Assembly (NCBI GenBank): GCA_038064475.1
Contig: JBBTTA010000001.1
Location: 47,086 to 111,085, forward strand
Length of the DNA: 64,000 nt
Origin: Patescibacteria group bacterium
GTDB lineage: Bacteria; Patescibacteriota; Minisyncoccia; Phycocordibacterales; EsbW-18
Direction: 5' to 3'
The position numbers were made by a program, and so were the translations under genes. Below, in pieces: positions 41,801 through 50,574 of this stretch. Every line of letters starts with the position of its first letter. Position 1 is the first letter of the stretch. The notes beneath the pieces are model-generated. The model was not told the DNA's origin and did no database searches. It was given only the letters and a program-made list of their open reading frames with translations.

Positions 41801-42033
41801 TTCAGCTTTCGATCCTTCGCATGATGTTCGTCGTACGTTGGCTCCGTGAGACTTGTTTCCAAGAAGTGAAGCTCAAACTTTTTTCCTGAGTAATCTGAAA
41901 TTGGTGTGAATTCTTTGAAGAGTTCTTTAACACCCTTTTCTACCACCCATTTGAATGACGTAAGCTGTGCTTCCGTCATGTTCGGCATAGTGTGAAGTGC
42001 CGGTGTGTACTTTGCGAAGTGTTTTTGTTTCAT
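38863..42033 (-). CDS. rpoB: DNA-directed RNA polymerase beta subunit
   Basis: Contains ...GPGGLSRERAGFEVRDVH... and NMQKQAVP motifs. About 1057 aa. Confidence 0.95.
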   Translation of the reverse strand: MKQKHFAKYTPALHTMPNMTEAQLTSFKWVVEKGVKELFKEFTPISDYSGKKFELHFLETSLTEPTYDEHHAKDRKLNLEGQLKARVKLINKMLGTEKEQEIFITDFPMQTSHGTFIINGVERVIVPQLIRSFGVLFSAQEYRGKEYFGAKVIPSRGAWVEIETEPNGTFQVRIDRKRKFPVTHLLRVLGAKTNDDIKALFKGKPETLPYIEKTLAVDTVATQDESFIEIHKKLRDGELATVDNAREFVKSIFDPERYDLSEVGRFRFNQRFGLSIEKKALGERTLSLSDIVMIVNHIAMLNTTPGSQADDVDDLASRRVRYIGEMLQQKMRVGLSRMKRNIQDRMSIIDAETTLPIQILNPKPLQAQIKEFYTTNQLSQFMQQENILTELEHLRTLSALGPGGLSRERAGFEVRDVHVSHYGRLCPIHTPEGPNIGLILHLATHARINDFGIIETPYAKVENGIVTKEITYLNARDEDLYKIAHAATARDEKGVITEKRVEARVKGGRPEIVSPKEVDYIDVATNQAYSIASSLVPFLNHNEANRALMASNMQKQAVPCVRPEAPYVATGVEEYAARDSGRLVYAREAGMVKFADARKIVVKNSKGKDDTYNLINFSRTNGFTVFHQRPVVSVGDSVKRGDLLADTSTSVGGQLAIGQNLLVAFMSWSGNNFEDAIIISERLVRDNYLSSIHIEEFAVNVRDTKLGPEVTTNDIPNVGETKLKNLDEEGVVRIGSEVEPGDILVGKITPKGESQLTPEERLLRSIFGDKARDVKDTSLRMEGGKRGRVIGVKVFSREKGDQLESGIIKKMYIEIAQLRNVNVGDKLAGRHGNKGVISRVVPVEDMPRMADGTPVDVILTPLGVPSRMNLGQILELHLGLAAKTLDYQAVVPPFVGATDVEIREELKKAGFAESGKMKLYDGRTGESFEQDISVGYMYILKLEHMVEDKIHMRAIGPYSLITQQPLGGRAQNGGQRFGEMEVWALLGYGAAYTLREMLTVKSDDIVGRSATFDSIVRGTRIKPPGTPASFNVLLHYMRGLALDVELQTPAREPNRN

Positions 42034-42313
42034 TTGTGTATGGGCGATACAGAAATACGGGCCTTTGTTCTTAGGTCGTATTTCCGGACACAAAACGACG
42101 CAAACTCGTCTCCCAGCCTCAGTTATCTGAAGATTGAGATATGAACTTTGCTATGCGTTTCGAGCAAACAAACGTATATAGTTTTTCGTATAAAAAACGA
42201 GAAGCCCCGGGACAACTCATTCAACCCCCTCGTAGAAAACGAGTATAGATTATTTTCTAAAGTTCGTCAATGATTGACAGGGTGGATAACTTGGAGTACC
42301 GATTTTGAAGCGA

Positions 42314-43012
42314 TTACCTCGCTCGTTTTTTTCGCCACGCCTCTACTTCGGCATGATTTCCTGAGAAGAGAACTGCGGGAACTTTATGTGTTTTCTTTTT
42401 GTGTGTAAACTCCGGTGGACGTGTATACACTTCACTTGACGCTGTGCGAGATTCTTCAAGTGATTCCTCTTTTCCTAACACTCCTTTGATCTGACGTGAT
42501 ACTGCATCGATAATCGTAAGTGCGGGAAGTTCCCCGCCTGTAAGTACATATGGCCCTGTTGAAATCTCTTCTGCTTTCAAAATCTTTTTCACACGTGCGT
42601 CGATGCCCTCGTAGTGTCCTGCAATCAAAACAAGATGAACATATTTTTTCGCATATCGACGTGCGAGGTCATTTGTAAATTGTTTGCCTCGTGGGGATAG
42701 GATGATTATTTTTGTTGAATCAGGAATCAGGAATTTAGAATCAAGATTTTTCTTGCTTCTTGATTCATGCTTCTTGATTCTCTTAAGAGCGGCTTCTGCC
42801 GCTCTTAAAATGGGTTCTGCCTTCATAACCATGCCCGGACCGCCGCCGTATGGTCGATCGTCAGTTTTCCTATGTTTGTCAGTCGTGTAATCGCGAGGAT
42901 TGATGGCAGAAATACGAAGAATCTTCGCTTCTTGTGCGCGCTTTAACATCGAGCTTTGTGCAAAGCTTTCGATGCTCTCTGGAAACAATGTTATGACTGA
43001 AAACTTTTTCAT
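42314..43012 (-). CDS. trmD: tRNA (guanine37-N1)-methyltransferase, with an in-frame repeat-derived insertion
   Basis: SPOUT-fold motifs DDRPYGGGPGMVM and GHYEGIDARV. Extra segment KRIKKHESRSKKNLDSKFLIPDS is encoded by the repeat at 42730-42810. Confidence 0.9.
   Translation of the reverse strand: MKKFSVITLFPESIESFAQSSMLKRAQEAKILRISAINPRDYTTDKHRKTDDRPYGGGPGMVMKAEPILRAAEAALKRIKKHESRSKKNLDSKFLIPDSTKIIILSPRGKQFTNDLARRYAKKYVHLVLIAGHYEGIDARVKKILKAEEISTGPYVLTGGELPALTIIDAVSRQIKGVLGKEESLEESRTASSEVYTRPPEFTHKKKTHKVPAVLFSGNHAEVEAWRKKRAR
42730..42812. repeat. intragenic repeat block: aatcagg x2, (g)cttcttgattc x2, and palindrome ctcttaagagcggcttctgccgctcttaa
   Basis: Direct observation. Shares the cttcttgattc x2 plus palindrome architecture with 21080-21150. 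Confidence 0.6.
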
Positions 43013-43067
43013 GGCGTCATCCTAACACAAAACCCGCTTTGACGCGGGTTTTGTTTGAAAACTATTT

Positions 43068-43382
43068 TTATTCTTCCTTCAAGGCTGCCATCGCTTCATC
43101 GATGTTTGCCGCTTGTGTCATTCGTGTCGAACCTTCTGGTTCAAGAATCTTCAAATTCACGCGTGCATTATTTTTCATACCGACAACGCGCAACAGTGTG
43201 CGAATTGCTTTTGCGGTGTTGCCTGAGCGACCAACAACAGTTCCCATATCTTTCTGATGCACTTTGAGTGTAATGAGTACCCCCATTTCATCTACGGTTC
43301 GTGTCACAACGACATCGTTCGGATTTTCTACCAATGCTTTAACAACCTGTTCAAGAAAAACTGCGTCTTGGTATTCTGTCAT
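43068..43382 (-). CDS. KH-domain RNA-binding protein (UPF0109/YlqC-like)
   Basis: Contains GxxG loop VVGRSGNTAKAIRTL. Lies between rpsP and trmD, as in many bacteria. Confidence 0.8.
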   Translation of the reverse strand: MTEYQDAVFLEQVVKALVENPNDVVVTRTVDEMGVLITLKVHQKDMGTVVGRSGNTAKAIRTLLRVVGMKNNARVNLKILEPEGSTRMTQAANIDEAMAALKEE

Positions 43383-43470
43383 ACGTTATGTGTTATCCGG
43401 CGCACGCGCCTAAATACACTCGGAGTATATGAGAAAAAACACCTCATGTCGAGGTGGTTTTTCGTGAGCG

Positions 43471-43998
43471 TTATGCTACTGGAGTTTCTTCTGCGGGAGG
43501 TTCAACTGGTGCTTCGGTTGGTGCTTCGATTGGTGCTTCGACTACTTCAGGCTCGGCCGTTGTTGGAGTTTCTTCAACAGAGGCAAGAGGTTCTTCTACC
43601 TTTACTTCCTCAACAGGGGCCTCAACTGGTGCTTCAACTGGTGCTTCAACTGGTGCTTCAGGAGCGGCCTCGGCAACTACTTCAGCAACTGGCGCGGAAG
43701 CGACTACAACTGGAGCTTCCTTAACAATAGGAGTCTTCTTTGGAAGCACGTTCTTTTTCTTTCCATCAATAACACCTTCAGTAACAAGGAGGTTGTATAC
43801 AGTGTCACTAGGTTGAACACCCTTGGAAAGCCAGCCCTTTGCTTTCTCTTTGTCCAATCCCTTTTCTTTCGTCACGGCATTGTAGAAGCCGATCTGATCG
43901 ACGTGATTGCCACTTTTTGGGCCTTCTGTGCCCTCGAGTACGACAATTCGGAACGATGGGTCGTTCTTTCGTCCTACGCGCTGTAATCGCATTTTAAG
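43471..43998 (-). CDS. rpsP: 30S ribosomal protein S16 with C-terminal Ala/Pro/Glu/Val repeat tail
   Basis: S16 core MLKMRLQRVGRKNDPSFRIVV. Tail contains (EAPV)n. Confidence 0.9.
   Translation of the reverse strand, partial: LKMRLQRVGRKNDPSFRIVVLEGTEGPKSGNHVDQIGFYNAVTKEKGLDKEKAKGWLSKGVQPSDTVYNLLVTEGVIDGKKKNVLPKKTPIVKEAPVVVASAPVAEVVAEAAPEAPVEAPVEAPVEAPVEEVKVEEPLASVEETPTTAEPEVVEAPIEAPTEAPVEPPAEETPVA
43490..43700. repeat. coding 12-nt tandem repeats (ggtgcttcaact / ggtgcttcgntt) inside the rpsP tail
   Basis: At least three consecutive exact copies of ggtgcttcaact, plus degenerate copies. Confidence 0.8.
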
Positions 43999-44036
43999 CA
44001 TCGCAAAATAATAGCAGACTATTGGGCTTCCCGCAA

Positions 44037-45320
44037 CTAGCGCTCCTTCCATGCCTTTCCTTGTCGTACGAGGAGGCTTTCTTTACGGTCTGGCTCTGCC
44101 ATAAGTCGTTCCACGGCTCGCTCAAGGCGGATTGACTGAGAACCCTTTATCAAAATAATGTCGTTTGGGCGAAGCATGCCGACGAGGTGTTCTCCAGCAA
44201 GAGATGCAGTATCAAAAGAAATAACACTACTGAGACCCCCTTCGCGTGCAGCAAGAGCTATGTTGTGTGCAAACACACCAACGGTAATAAGCACATCGAC
44301 AGCGGGAACTGCTTCCTTTCCTGCTTCCCGATGCGCCTCTTCAGAGTGCGCACCAAGTTCGGCCATGTTACCCAAGACTGCAATGCGACGTCCGCGTCCT
44401 TTCAATTGTTCAAGCACACGAAGTGCTTCGGCAACAGCGATGGGAGAAGCGTTGTATGTATCATCAATAATCGTCGTGTTTTGAATTCCCTTCAATAAAT
44501 GCATGCGACCAGGTGGTGTCTCGTAATGCTCAAGCGCATCAGTAATCTCAACAATGTTGAGACCTTGTGCCATACCAACAGACACCGCAGCGAGAACAGG
44601 ATATATAAATTGTCGCCCTAACACTCCTTCAATACGAATAGGTGCGACCTTATCATCAAACAAAACCTTAAAAGTAATCCCCGTCGGCACGTCTCCTTCA
44701 AACAGCGTGTCTTGATAATCTGCGTGAACATCCGCTTCTGCATCGTAGCCAAATGTGTGCACGCGTGATTTTGTTTTTTCTTTGAGTCCTCGCACACCCT
44801 CGTCATCATATGCGAGAAATGCATCTCCTCTCGGTTTAAGCGCCCATAAAATTTTTCCTTTCTCTTCAAGCACTCCCGTTGTTGATGGGAAGAACTCAAC
44901 GTGGACTGGCATATGTCCAACACGCGTCACAACCGCTGCATCAAGCTTTACCCACCGTGACAAACGTTCCATGTCGCCTGGATGATCGACTCCCATTTCA
45001 AGCACGAGCCACTCAGGATAGTTATGTGGTCCGACAACACACCACAATCCTTTCAAAAGATTCAAAATCCATCCCTTCGCACTTCCCCACGCTGTGTCGA
45101 GTCCAAGAACGGTCAAAGGCACGCCTAATTCTGAATTAAAACTCTTCTGACTTTTGCGAACGATGTAACGAGAAGAAAGCACCGCGGCAATAGCATCTTT
45201 CGTACTCGTCTTACCAACACTTCCTGTAATGCCAACGATTCGTGGCTTATAGCGCCACAAAACGAGCCGCGCCTCAAAAATGAGGAGAACTATAACGATT
45301 TTTTTGAGGCTTTCTTTCAT
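44037..45320 (-). CDS. murF: UDP-N-acetylmuramoyl-tripeptide--D-alanyl-D-alanine ligase (Mur ligase family)
   Basis: P-loop GITGSVGKTSTK near the N-terminus. DDTYNASP motif. Length 427 aa. The N-terminal domain seen in E. coli MurF is absent. Confidence 0.8.
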   Translation of the reverse strand: MKESLKKIVIVLLIFEARLVLWRYKPRIVGITGSVGKTSTKDAIAAVLSSRYIVRKSQKSFNSELGVPLTVLGLDTAWGSAKGWILNLLKGLWCVVGPHNYPEWLVLEMGVDHPGDMERLSRWVKLDAAVVTRVGHMPVHVEFFPSTTGVLEEKGKILWALKPRGDAFLAYDDEGVRGLKEKTKSRVHTFGYDAEADVHADYQDTLFEGDVPTGITFKVLFDDKVAPIRIEGVLGRQFIYPVLAAVSVGMAQGLNIVEITDALEHYETPPGRMHLLKGIQNTTIIDDTYNASPIAVAEALRVLEQLKGRGRRIAVLGNMAELGAHSEEAHREAGKEAVPAVDVLITVGVFAHNIALAAREGGLSSVISFDTASLAGEHLVGMLRPNDIILIKGSQSIRLERAVERLMAEPDRKESLLVRQGKAWKER

Positions 45321-45439
45321 ATGTTCATTCTATAGCCAGAAATCTTGTTCTCAAAGGATTTGTATTTTTGAATTAAACGGGGAAACGAACTTACTTTTTC
45401 AAAAAACCTCGGGAGACACGGCGGTGTCGTACGGAGCAA

Positions 45440-45462
45440 AAACCAAGCTTGGTTTTTGTGTG
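45440..45462. terminator. palindromic hairpin aaaaaccaagcttggttttt plus adjacent gacacggcggtgtc hairpin, downstream of ftsI
   Basis: Perfect 10-bp palindrome with flanking T-runs. Confidence 0.5.
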
Positions 45463-45489
45463 TTTTTTGAAAAAGTATGTGAGTGATTT

Positions 45490-47208
45490 TTATCGATCCG
45501 GAGGTATCTCGTAGTAATTGATAAGAAATTCAGCGATGTCCATAAACGGGTGTGTAAGTGTTTCAGACGCATAGTTCACGCCCTTTGGCTCTTCCGCATA
45601 GAGAAACACAATAAATTTTGGATCATACGCGGGAAAATATCCGAAGAATGAGTGAAGATAGCGATCATCGTAATATCCACGATTCACTTTGTCAGCAATC
45701 TGTGCCGTTCCTGTTTTTGCGGCAATGCTGTAGTGCTCTTTCATGACCGTGCCCCCCAACAACCACTCATCAACAACGCGCACAAGCATGCGTGTAATCG
45801 TTCGTGACGCTTCTGTGCTCAACACACGCTCGTCCGTAGGGTGTCCAATGGATTTTGTAATACCGAGATCGTAGTTAATCTCTTTTACGACGTGCGGAGT
45901 TACAAGCATACCACCGTTTCCGAGTGCGGCGAGTGCGCGTGTCATTGCAATTGGCGTCACCGCAATTCCCTGTCCGTACGCCGCCGTCACGTACTCAATG
46001 TCACGTGGTGAATCGAGTCCGGCAAGAAAACCAGACACTTCGCCGGGTAAATCAATTCCTGTTTCTTCGCCCAATCCGTATGCGCGAAAATAGTCTGCAA
46101 AACGTTTATTGCCGAGCTCTCCGACAACAAATGCCATACCCGTGTTCAATGATTGTCCCAACACCTGATACATGCTTGAAATACCGCGCCCTCTGCCGTC
46201 ATAGTTTGAAATCGTGTAATCCTCAATCGTGAGCTTACCTTTATCGTTATATGTCGTGTCTGGTGTTACAACCCCTGCGTCGAGTCCTGCCGCCATCGTC
46301 AAAGGCTTCACAATTGAACCCATTTCATACACCTTTTCAACAATTGGATTTGCAAACACACCAAGACTTTCTACATCTGAAAAATTATTTGGATCGAATG
46401 TTGGATATCCCGCAATCGCAATGATGTCTCCTGTCATGGGATCCATGATGACTGCCCCCGCAGTTTTCACGTCCCATGTATCTGCAACATATGCCAATGA
46501 ATCTTCAAGCACACCTTGTACGGTGGGTTCAATTGTTGTCACCAAACTTCCTTTTGCTTTTCCTTCATCAATATCAGTTACTTCTTCAATATTGCTAAAC
46601 ACTTCAGCAAAAAAGTTTTTGTACGCACTTTCATCTCCTCGAGAAAGCACATGTTCGTAGTATCGTTCGAGTCCGTACTGTCCTACACGCGCATCTCCTT
46701 CAAAACCAACAAAACCGAGCGTGTGTGCTGCGCGACTTCCCGCAGGATATGCACGCCACTGTTCTTTGTAGAAGGAAACACCAGGAAGTCTGAGTGCGGT
46801 AATTTCGTCTGCGATGTCTTTTGAAATACCTTCCGCAATTTCTTCGTAGGGGTCATCTGTCTTTGCTACCGCCACATTGAACACATCAGACTCAAGTGGA
46901 GTAATTGCATTTAGTGCTTCAAATGCTCCGTCAGCATCAACGAGTGCCACAGGATTAATCGTAAGTACATATCCTGATTGCACCGTCGCCGCAGAAATCT
47001 GTCGTCCATTTTTATCGGTGAAATAAATTGCACCACGATCAAACACACCACTCATGGTCGGTGCATACTGTCGATCTGCTTTCTCAGTAAACGTCTCTCC
47101 TTGGACGATCTGCACGAAATAGAGCTTCGTCAAAAGACAAACGCCGAGAATTAAAAAGCACACAAACAAAAAGCGCACACGACCCGAAAAAACCTCAATT
47201 GCCGTCAT
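45490..47208 (-). CDS. ftsI: class B penicillin-binding protein (FtsI/PBP3-like transpeptidase)
   Basis: SxxK (SIVK), SxN (SLN) and KTGT motifs. N-terminal TM anchor. Sits in dcw context after ftsL. Confidence 0.85.
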   Translation of the reverse strand: MTAIEVFSGRVRFLFVCFLILGVCLLTKLYFVQIVQGETFTEKADRQYAPTMSGVFDRGAIYFTDKNGRQISAATVQSGYVLTINPVALVDADGAFEALNAITPLESDVFNVAVAKTDDPYEEIAEGISKDIADEITALRLPGVSFYKEQWRAYPAGSRAAHTLGFVGFEGDARVGQYGLERYYEHVLSRGDESAYKNFFAEVFSNIEEVTDIDEGKAKGSLVTTIEPTVQGVLEDSLAYVADTWDVKTAGAVIMDPMTGDIIAIAGYPTFDPNNFSDVESLGVFANPIVEKVYEMGSIVKPLTMAAGLDAGVVTPDTTYNDKGKLTIEDYTISNYDGRGRGISSMYQVLGQSLNTGMAFVVGELGNKRFADYFRAYGLGEETGIDLPGEVSGFLAGLDSPRDIEYVTAAYGQGIAVTPIAMTRALAALGNGGMLVTPHVVKEINYDLGITKSIGHPTDERVLSTEASRTITRMLVRVVDEWLLGGTVMKEHYSIAAKTGTAQIADKVNRGYYDDRYLHSFFGYFPAYDPKFIVFLYAEEPKGVNYASETLTHPFMDIAEFLINYYEIPPDR

Positions 47209-47512
47209 ACTGGAGAGAAAGTTCAGAATCGTTTCGAGATACAAAGAGTGCTGGGTCCTGATCAACAAAACCAAGCGCGTATGCACGAGCAAGTGTTACA
47301 CCTTGAAGTGCTGTCATATATGAACCTTCGAGCTCACTTACCTTCGCTGCCATATCAGAAATATCAGTTTCAAGGGCACGTCGATCAACGACATGGGCAA
47401 CCGTCTGTTTTATGAGTACTGCATAGAAAAATCCAGAAACGGCAATAGCTGCACATAAAAAGGCGAAGACTTTTTTCTGTAGATTATTGAATTGTAAGAG
47501 ATCGCGGACCAT
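47195..47512 (-). CDS. ftsL: cell division protein FtsL-like (small bitopic coiled-coil protein)
   Basis: 105 aa with one TM helix and a coiled coil. Positioned between rsmH and ftsI. Confidence 0.6.
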   Translation of the reverse strand: MVRDLLQFNNLQKKVFAFLCAAIAVSGFFYAVLIKQTVAHVVDRRALETDISDMAAKVSELEGSYMTALQGVTLARAYALGFVDQDPALFVSRNDSELSLQYDGN

Positions 47513-47547
47513 AGTAGTAATCGAGTATTAGTAAGAAAGTGGTGAAG

Positions 47548-48435
47548 TCATAGTTTTTCTAAAATACGAAGCTTTGCAGAGCGGGATCGAGGATTATCGT
47601 GGAGCTCTTGGCGTGTTGGCGTCATTGGCTTTTTGGTAATGAGCGTTGCGAGGCCTTCTTTTGCCTTATCTCTGAAAAAGTTCTTAACGATTCTGTCCTC
47701 GAGACTGTGGAAGCTCACCACAACCATTCGTCCTCCTGATGTCAGTGCGCCAAATCCTTTCTCCAAACCTTCTTTGAGAGCATTGAGTTCGTCATTGACT
47801 GCGATGCGAAGTGCTTGAAATGTTTTTGTCGCTGGATGAATCGGACCACGTCCTCCTCCGGGAACCAGTGCCTGAATACAGTCGGCAAGTTCTTTGGATG
47901 TTTCAAAAGGTTTTTCTCTGCGCGCCTCGACAATTGATGCAGCAATGCGGCGCGCATGTTGTTCTTCTCCGTAACCAAAGATGACATTTGCAATATCTTC
48001 TTCGTCCCAACCGTTGACGATGTCTTTCGCAGTGAACGATGATGTTTCAGGTGTATTTGAAAACGTCATCAGAAGAGGTTCGTCGCGAAGAAAACTAAAT
48101 CCTCGTCCCGACTCTTCGAGCTGCAAACTACTCAAGCCAATGTCGTATGCGATAGCATCAATCGATGTGAGGTGAAGTGTTTGAAGCACTTCATCAACTC
48201 GTCGAAAGTTTTCGCGCACAAGATGCAATGTTGCGGGAACGTCAGAAAGTTTTTTCCGTGCGTCCTCGAGTGTGCCCCCGTCTTGATCCAGTCCAATGAC
48301 GGTCCCCTCTTTCTGAACTGCCTCTGCGATAGCGCGTGTGTAGCCACCGCCACCAACCGTTGCATCAACAGCTGTCGCACCTTTGTGAAGTTGCATTCCT
48401 TCTATGACTTCATGTAAAAGAACTGGGATGTGCAT
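47548..48435 (-). CDS. rsmH: 16S rRNA (cytosine1402-N4)-methyltransferase
   Basis: Starts MHIPVLLHEV...DATVGGGGYT. Follows mraZ. Confidence 0.92.
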   Translation of the reverse strand: MHIPVLLHEVIEGMQLHKGATAVDATVGGGGYTRAIAEAVQKEGTVIGLDQDGGTLEDARKKLSDVPATLHLVRENFRRVDEVLQTLHLTSIDAIAYDIGLSSLQLEESGRGFSFLRDEPLLMTFSNTPETSSFTAKDIVNGWDEEDIANVIFGYGEEQHARRIAASIVEARREKPFETSKELADCIQALVPGGGRGPIHPATKTFQALRIAVNDELNALKEGLEKGFGALTSGGRMVVVSFHSLEDRIVKNFFRDKAKEGLATLITKKPMTPTRQELHDNPRSRSAKLRILEKL

Positions 48436-48869
48436 TAGACTGCGCCGATTTCACCCAAACGTTCTGCAAGCATGTCGGCCTCTTTTTCGATTCGTGTTGT
48501 GTACGAATCCCATGCTTTCTCGTTCCAAATTTCAACGCGTGATTGCAAACCTGCGAATACAACTTTTGTTTTGAGTCCTGCAAAGTCACGCAAGAAATCT
48601 GGAATGAGCATGCGGCCTGCTGCATCAACCTCAACTTCGGATGCACCGGCAAGCATGAATCGCGTGAAGCCACGCATATTTGCTTGTCCCATGCCCAACT
48701 CCCCCAAACGTTTTGCAATTGATGCCCATTCTTTTTGCGAGTAGAGAAACAAACATCCTTCAAGTCCTCGTGTTACGACGAGCTTCTTGCCCAACTCAGA
48801 ACGAAAACGAACAGGAAGCGATAAACGTTTTTTTTCGTCGAGTGTATGTGTGTATTCTCCGATGAGCAT
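48435..48869 (-). CDS. mraZ: transcriptional regulator MraZ
   Basis: Two DUF-MraZ repeats (LDEKKRLSLP... / VDAAGRMLIP...). First gene of the dcw cluster. Confidence 0.9.
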   Translation of the reverse strand: MLIGEYTHTLDEKKRLSLPVRFRSELGKKLVVTRGLEGCLFLYSQKEWASIAKRLGELGMGQANMRGFTRFMLAGASEVEVDAAGRMLIPDFLRDFAGLKTKVVFAGLQSRVEIWNEKAWDSYTTRIEKEADMLAERLGEIGAV

Positions 48870-48886
48870 ATCGATAGTACCCCTTT

Positions 48887-48901
48887 ACCACTTTCTCCCA
48901 C
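48887..48901 (-). promoter_or_regulatory. putative MraZ operator: GTGGG-N5-GTGGT direct repeats upstream of mraZ
   Basis: Minus strand reads GTGGGagaaaGTGGT. This resembles the GTGGG direct-repeat boxes bound by MraZ in E. coli. Confidence 0.3.
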
Positions 48902-48976
48902 TTGAATATAAGTATATACCACTGACTCCCACCCCCCAACCTCGTCAACCCACCAAAACAGTGGATAAGTGCATAA

Positions 48977-49007
48977 CAAAAAACCCGCCTTTTGGGCGGC
49001 TGTTTTT
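48977..49007. terminator. bidirectional intrinsic terminator (aaaaaaa-cccgcc-tttt-gggcgg-ctgttttt) downstream of lysS
   Basis: 6-bp GC stem with an A-run 5' and a T-run 3'. Confidence 0.65.
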
Positions 49008-49020
49008 GAGGAGGTCTTTA

Positions 49021-50484
49021 CTAACCCTGTTCGTGCCGTGGCTTCATCAGAGGGAAAATCTGAGCCTCTCGAATGGGCTTATCTGCCATGAAAGAAAAGA
49101 GTCGTTCACCAAAGCCAAAACCGAATGTTGGTGGCATACCGTATTCGAGCATTTCAACATATTCGCTATCAAACATCATCGCTTCTTTATCGCCCTTTTC
49201 GATGAGCGCTTGTTGCGTTTTGAATCGCTCCATCTGATCGAGAGGATCGTTCAACTCATTGTGTGCGCGACCAATCTCACTTCCTGCAATAATCACTTGG
49301 AATGTTTTTGTAAGACGGTCATCATCAGGGTGCGCTTTTGAAAGAGGCGCAACAAGCTTTGGATGATGTACTAAAAATGCGGGGCCTGAAATATTTTTTC
49401 TACAATATTTCCACAACGTATCGGTGAGGCGTTCTCGTGTCGTTCCGTCAAACTTCACGTGAAGTTCTATAAGCTTTTCTTTGAGTTCCTCTTCGCTCGA
49501 CTCAAGCACATTTACACCCGTCATTTTTTCGACGGTTTTTACATACTCGAGCTCTTCCCATTCACCCTGCACATCAAAGGTGTGCCCGCGTGTTTCAAAG
49601 TGTGTTGTTCCAAATACTTCTTGTGCAAGCGTGCGGTAGAGATCCTGTACAAATTTCTTCCCTTCCTCAAAGGGCATATACGCCGCATAGAATTCCATAT
49701 TCGTGAATTCTTGGACATGTTCAAGGCTCGAGCCTTCATTACGATAAATGCGCCCAATCTCGAAAGTGCGCGGAATACCCGCTGCCATGAGCCGCTTCTG
49801 CCACAACTCACCAACGGAAATGCGCAGGTACACATCCAAATCAAAATCATTGTGATGTGTTTTAAAAGGCCGTGCTTCGGCACCTCCTGTTGTTACTTCA
49901 AGCGTTGGTGTCTCAACTTCGAGAAACCCTCGGTCTTTGAGGAATGTTCGAGTGACATCCCAAAATTTTGCTTTCTTTGCAAAAAGTTCTTTGAGTTCTG
50001 GGTGTGAAAGAATATCGAGGTAGCGACGACGTAAACGTTCTTCGACGTCAGTGATGCCAACCCACTTCTCCGGAAGCGAGCGAAGTGATTTTGAAAGGAT
50101 GTTCCATGTTGTTGCTTCAACTGACGGTTCCCCGCGTTTCGTATGTACAGGCTTACCTGTGACATCAATAAAATCTCCAATATCAATAGTTTCCAAAAAA
50201 AGATCAAATGCTTCGTCACCGAGCACATCGCGTTTCAAATATCCTTGCACCGTTTCGGTGCCGTCATGCATATCAGCAAACACAGTACCGCCGTGCTCAC
50301 GGATTGCCATGACACGTCCTGCGATTGTTACTTCCTTTTCTTCTTTCTCTTTCGCGTCAAAAGCTGCGAGAAGTTCTGCAATAGAAATAGTGCGCCCAGA
50401 CACAGGTGGGTAAGGATTGATACCTCGCTTTCGTATGCGCGCAAGCTTCTTCAATCGATCGTTTCGTATATCTTCCAAAGACAT
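49021..50484 (-). CDS. lysS: lysyl-tRNA synthetase (class II)
   Basis: N-terminal OB fold. Class II motifs FEIGRIYRNEG and GFGFGERL. Length 487 aa. Confidence 0.93.
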   Translation of the reverse strand: MSLEDIRNDRLKKLARIRKRGINPYPPVSGRTISIAELLAAFDAKEKEEKEVTIAGRVMAIREHGGTVFADMHDGTETVQGYLKRDVLGDEAFDLFLETIDIGDFIDVTGKPVHTKRGEPSVEATTWNILSKSLRSLPEKWVGITDVEERLRRRYLDILSHPELKELFAKKAKFWDVTRTFLKDRGFLEVETPTLEVTTGGAEARPFKTHHNDFDLDVYLRISVGELWQKRLMAAGIPRTFEIGRIYRNEGSSLEHVQEFTNMEFYAAYMPFEEGKKFVQDLYRTLAQEVFGTTHFETRGHTFDVQGEWEELEYVKTVEKMTGVNVLESSEEELKEKLIELHVKFDGTTRERLTDTLWKYCRKNISGPAFLVHHPKLVAPLSKAHPDDDRLTKTFQVIIAGSEIGRAHNELNDPLDQMERFKTQQALIEKGDKEAMMFDSEYVEMLEYGMPPTFGFGFGERLFSFMADKPIREAQIFPLMKPRHEQG

Positions 50485-50574
50485 GGAGTTAAAAAGTAAG
50501 AAAGTAAAAGGTAATCAGTAATCAAACATTTCTTCTTACTCCCTTACCATTATTACCCTTTACGCCTTGTTTGC

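Noticed and set aside
42034-42313. Looked for rplS or a tRNA gene in the trmD-rpoB gap.
   Set aside because: No ORF over 60 aa, no L19-like translation, and no tRNA T-arm/anticodon pattern were seen.
43490-43700. Short tandem repeats that could superficially resemble a CRISPR-like array.
   Set aside because: They are 12-nt in-frame coding repeats of the rpsP tail, with no spacer structure.
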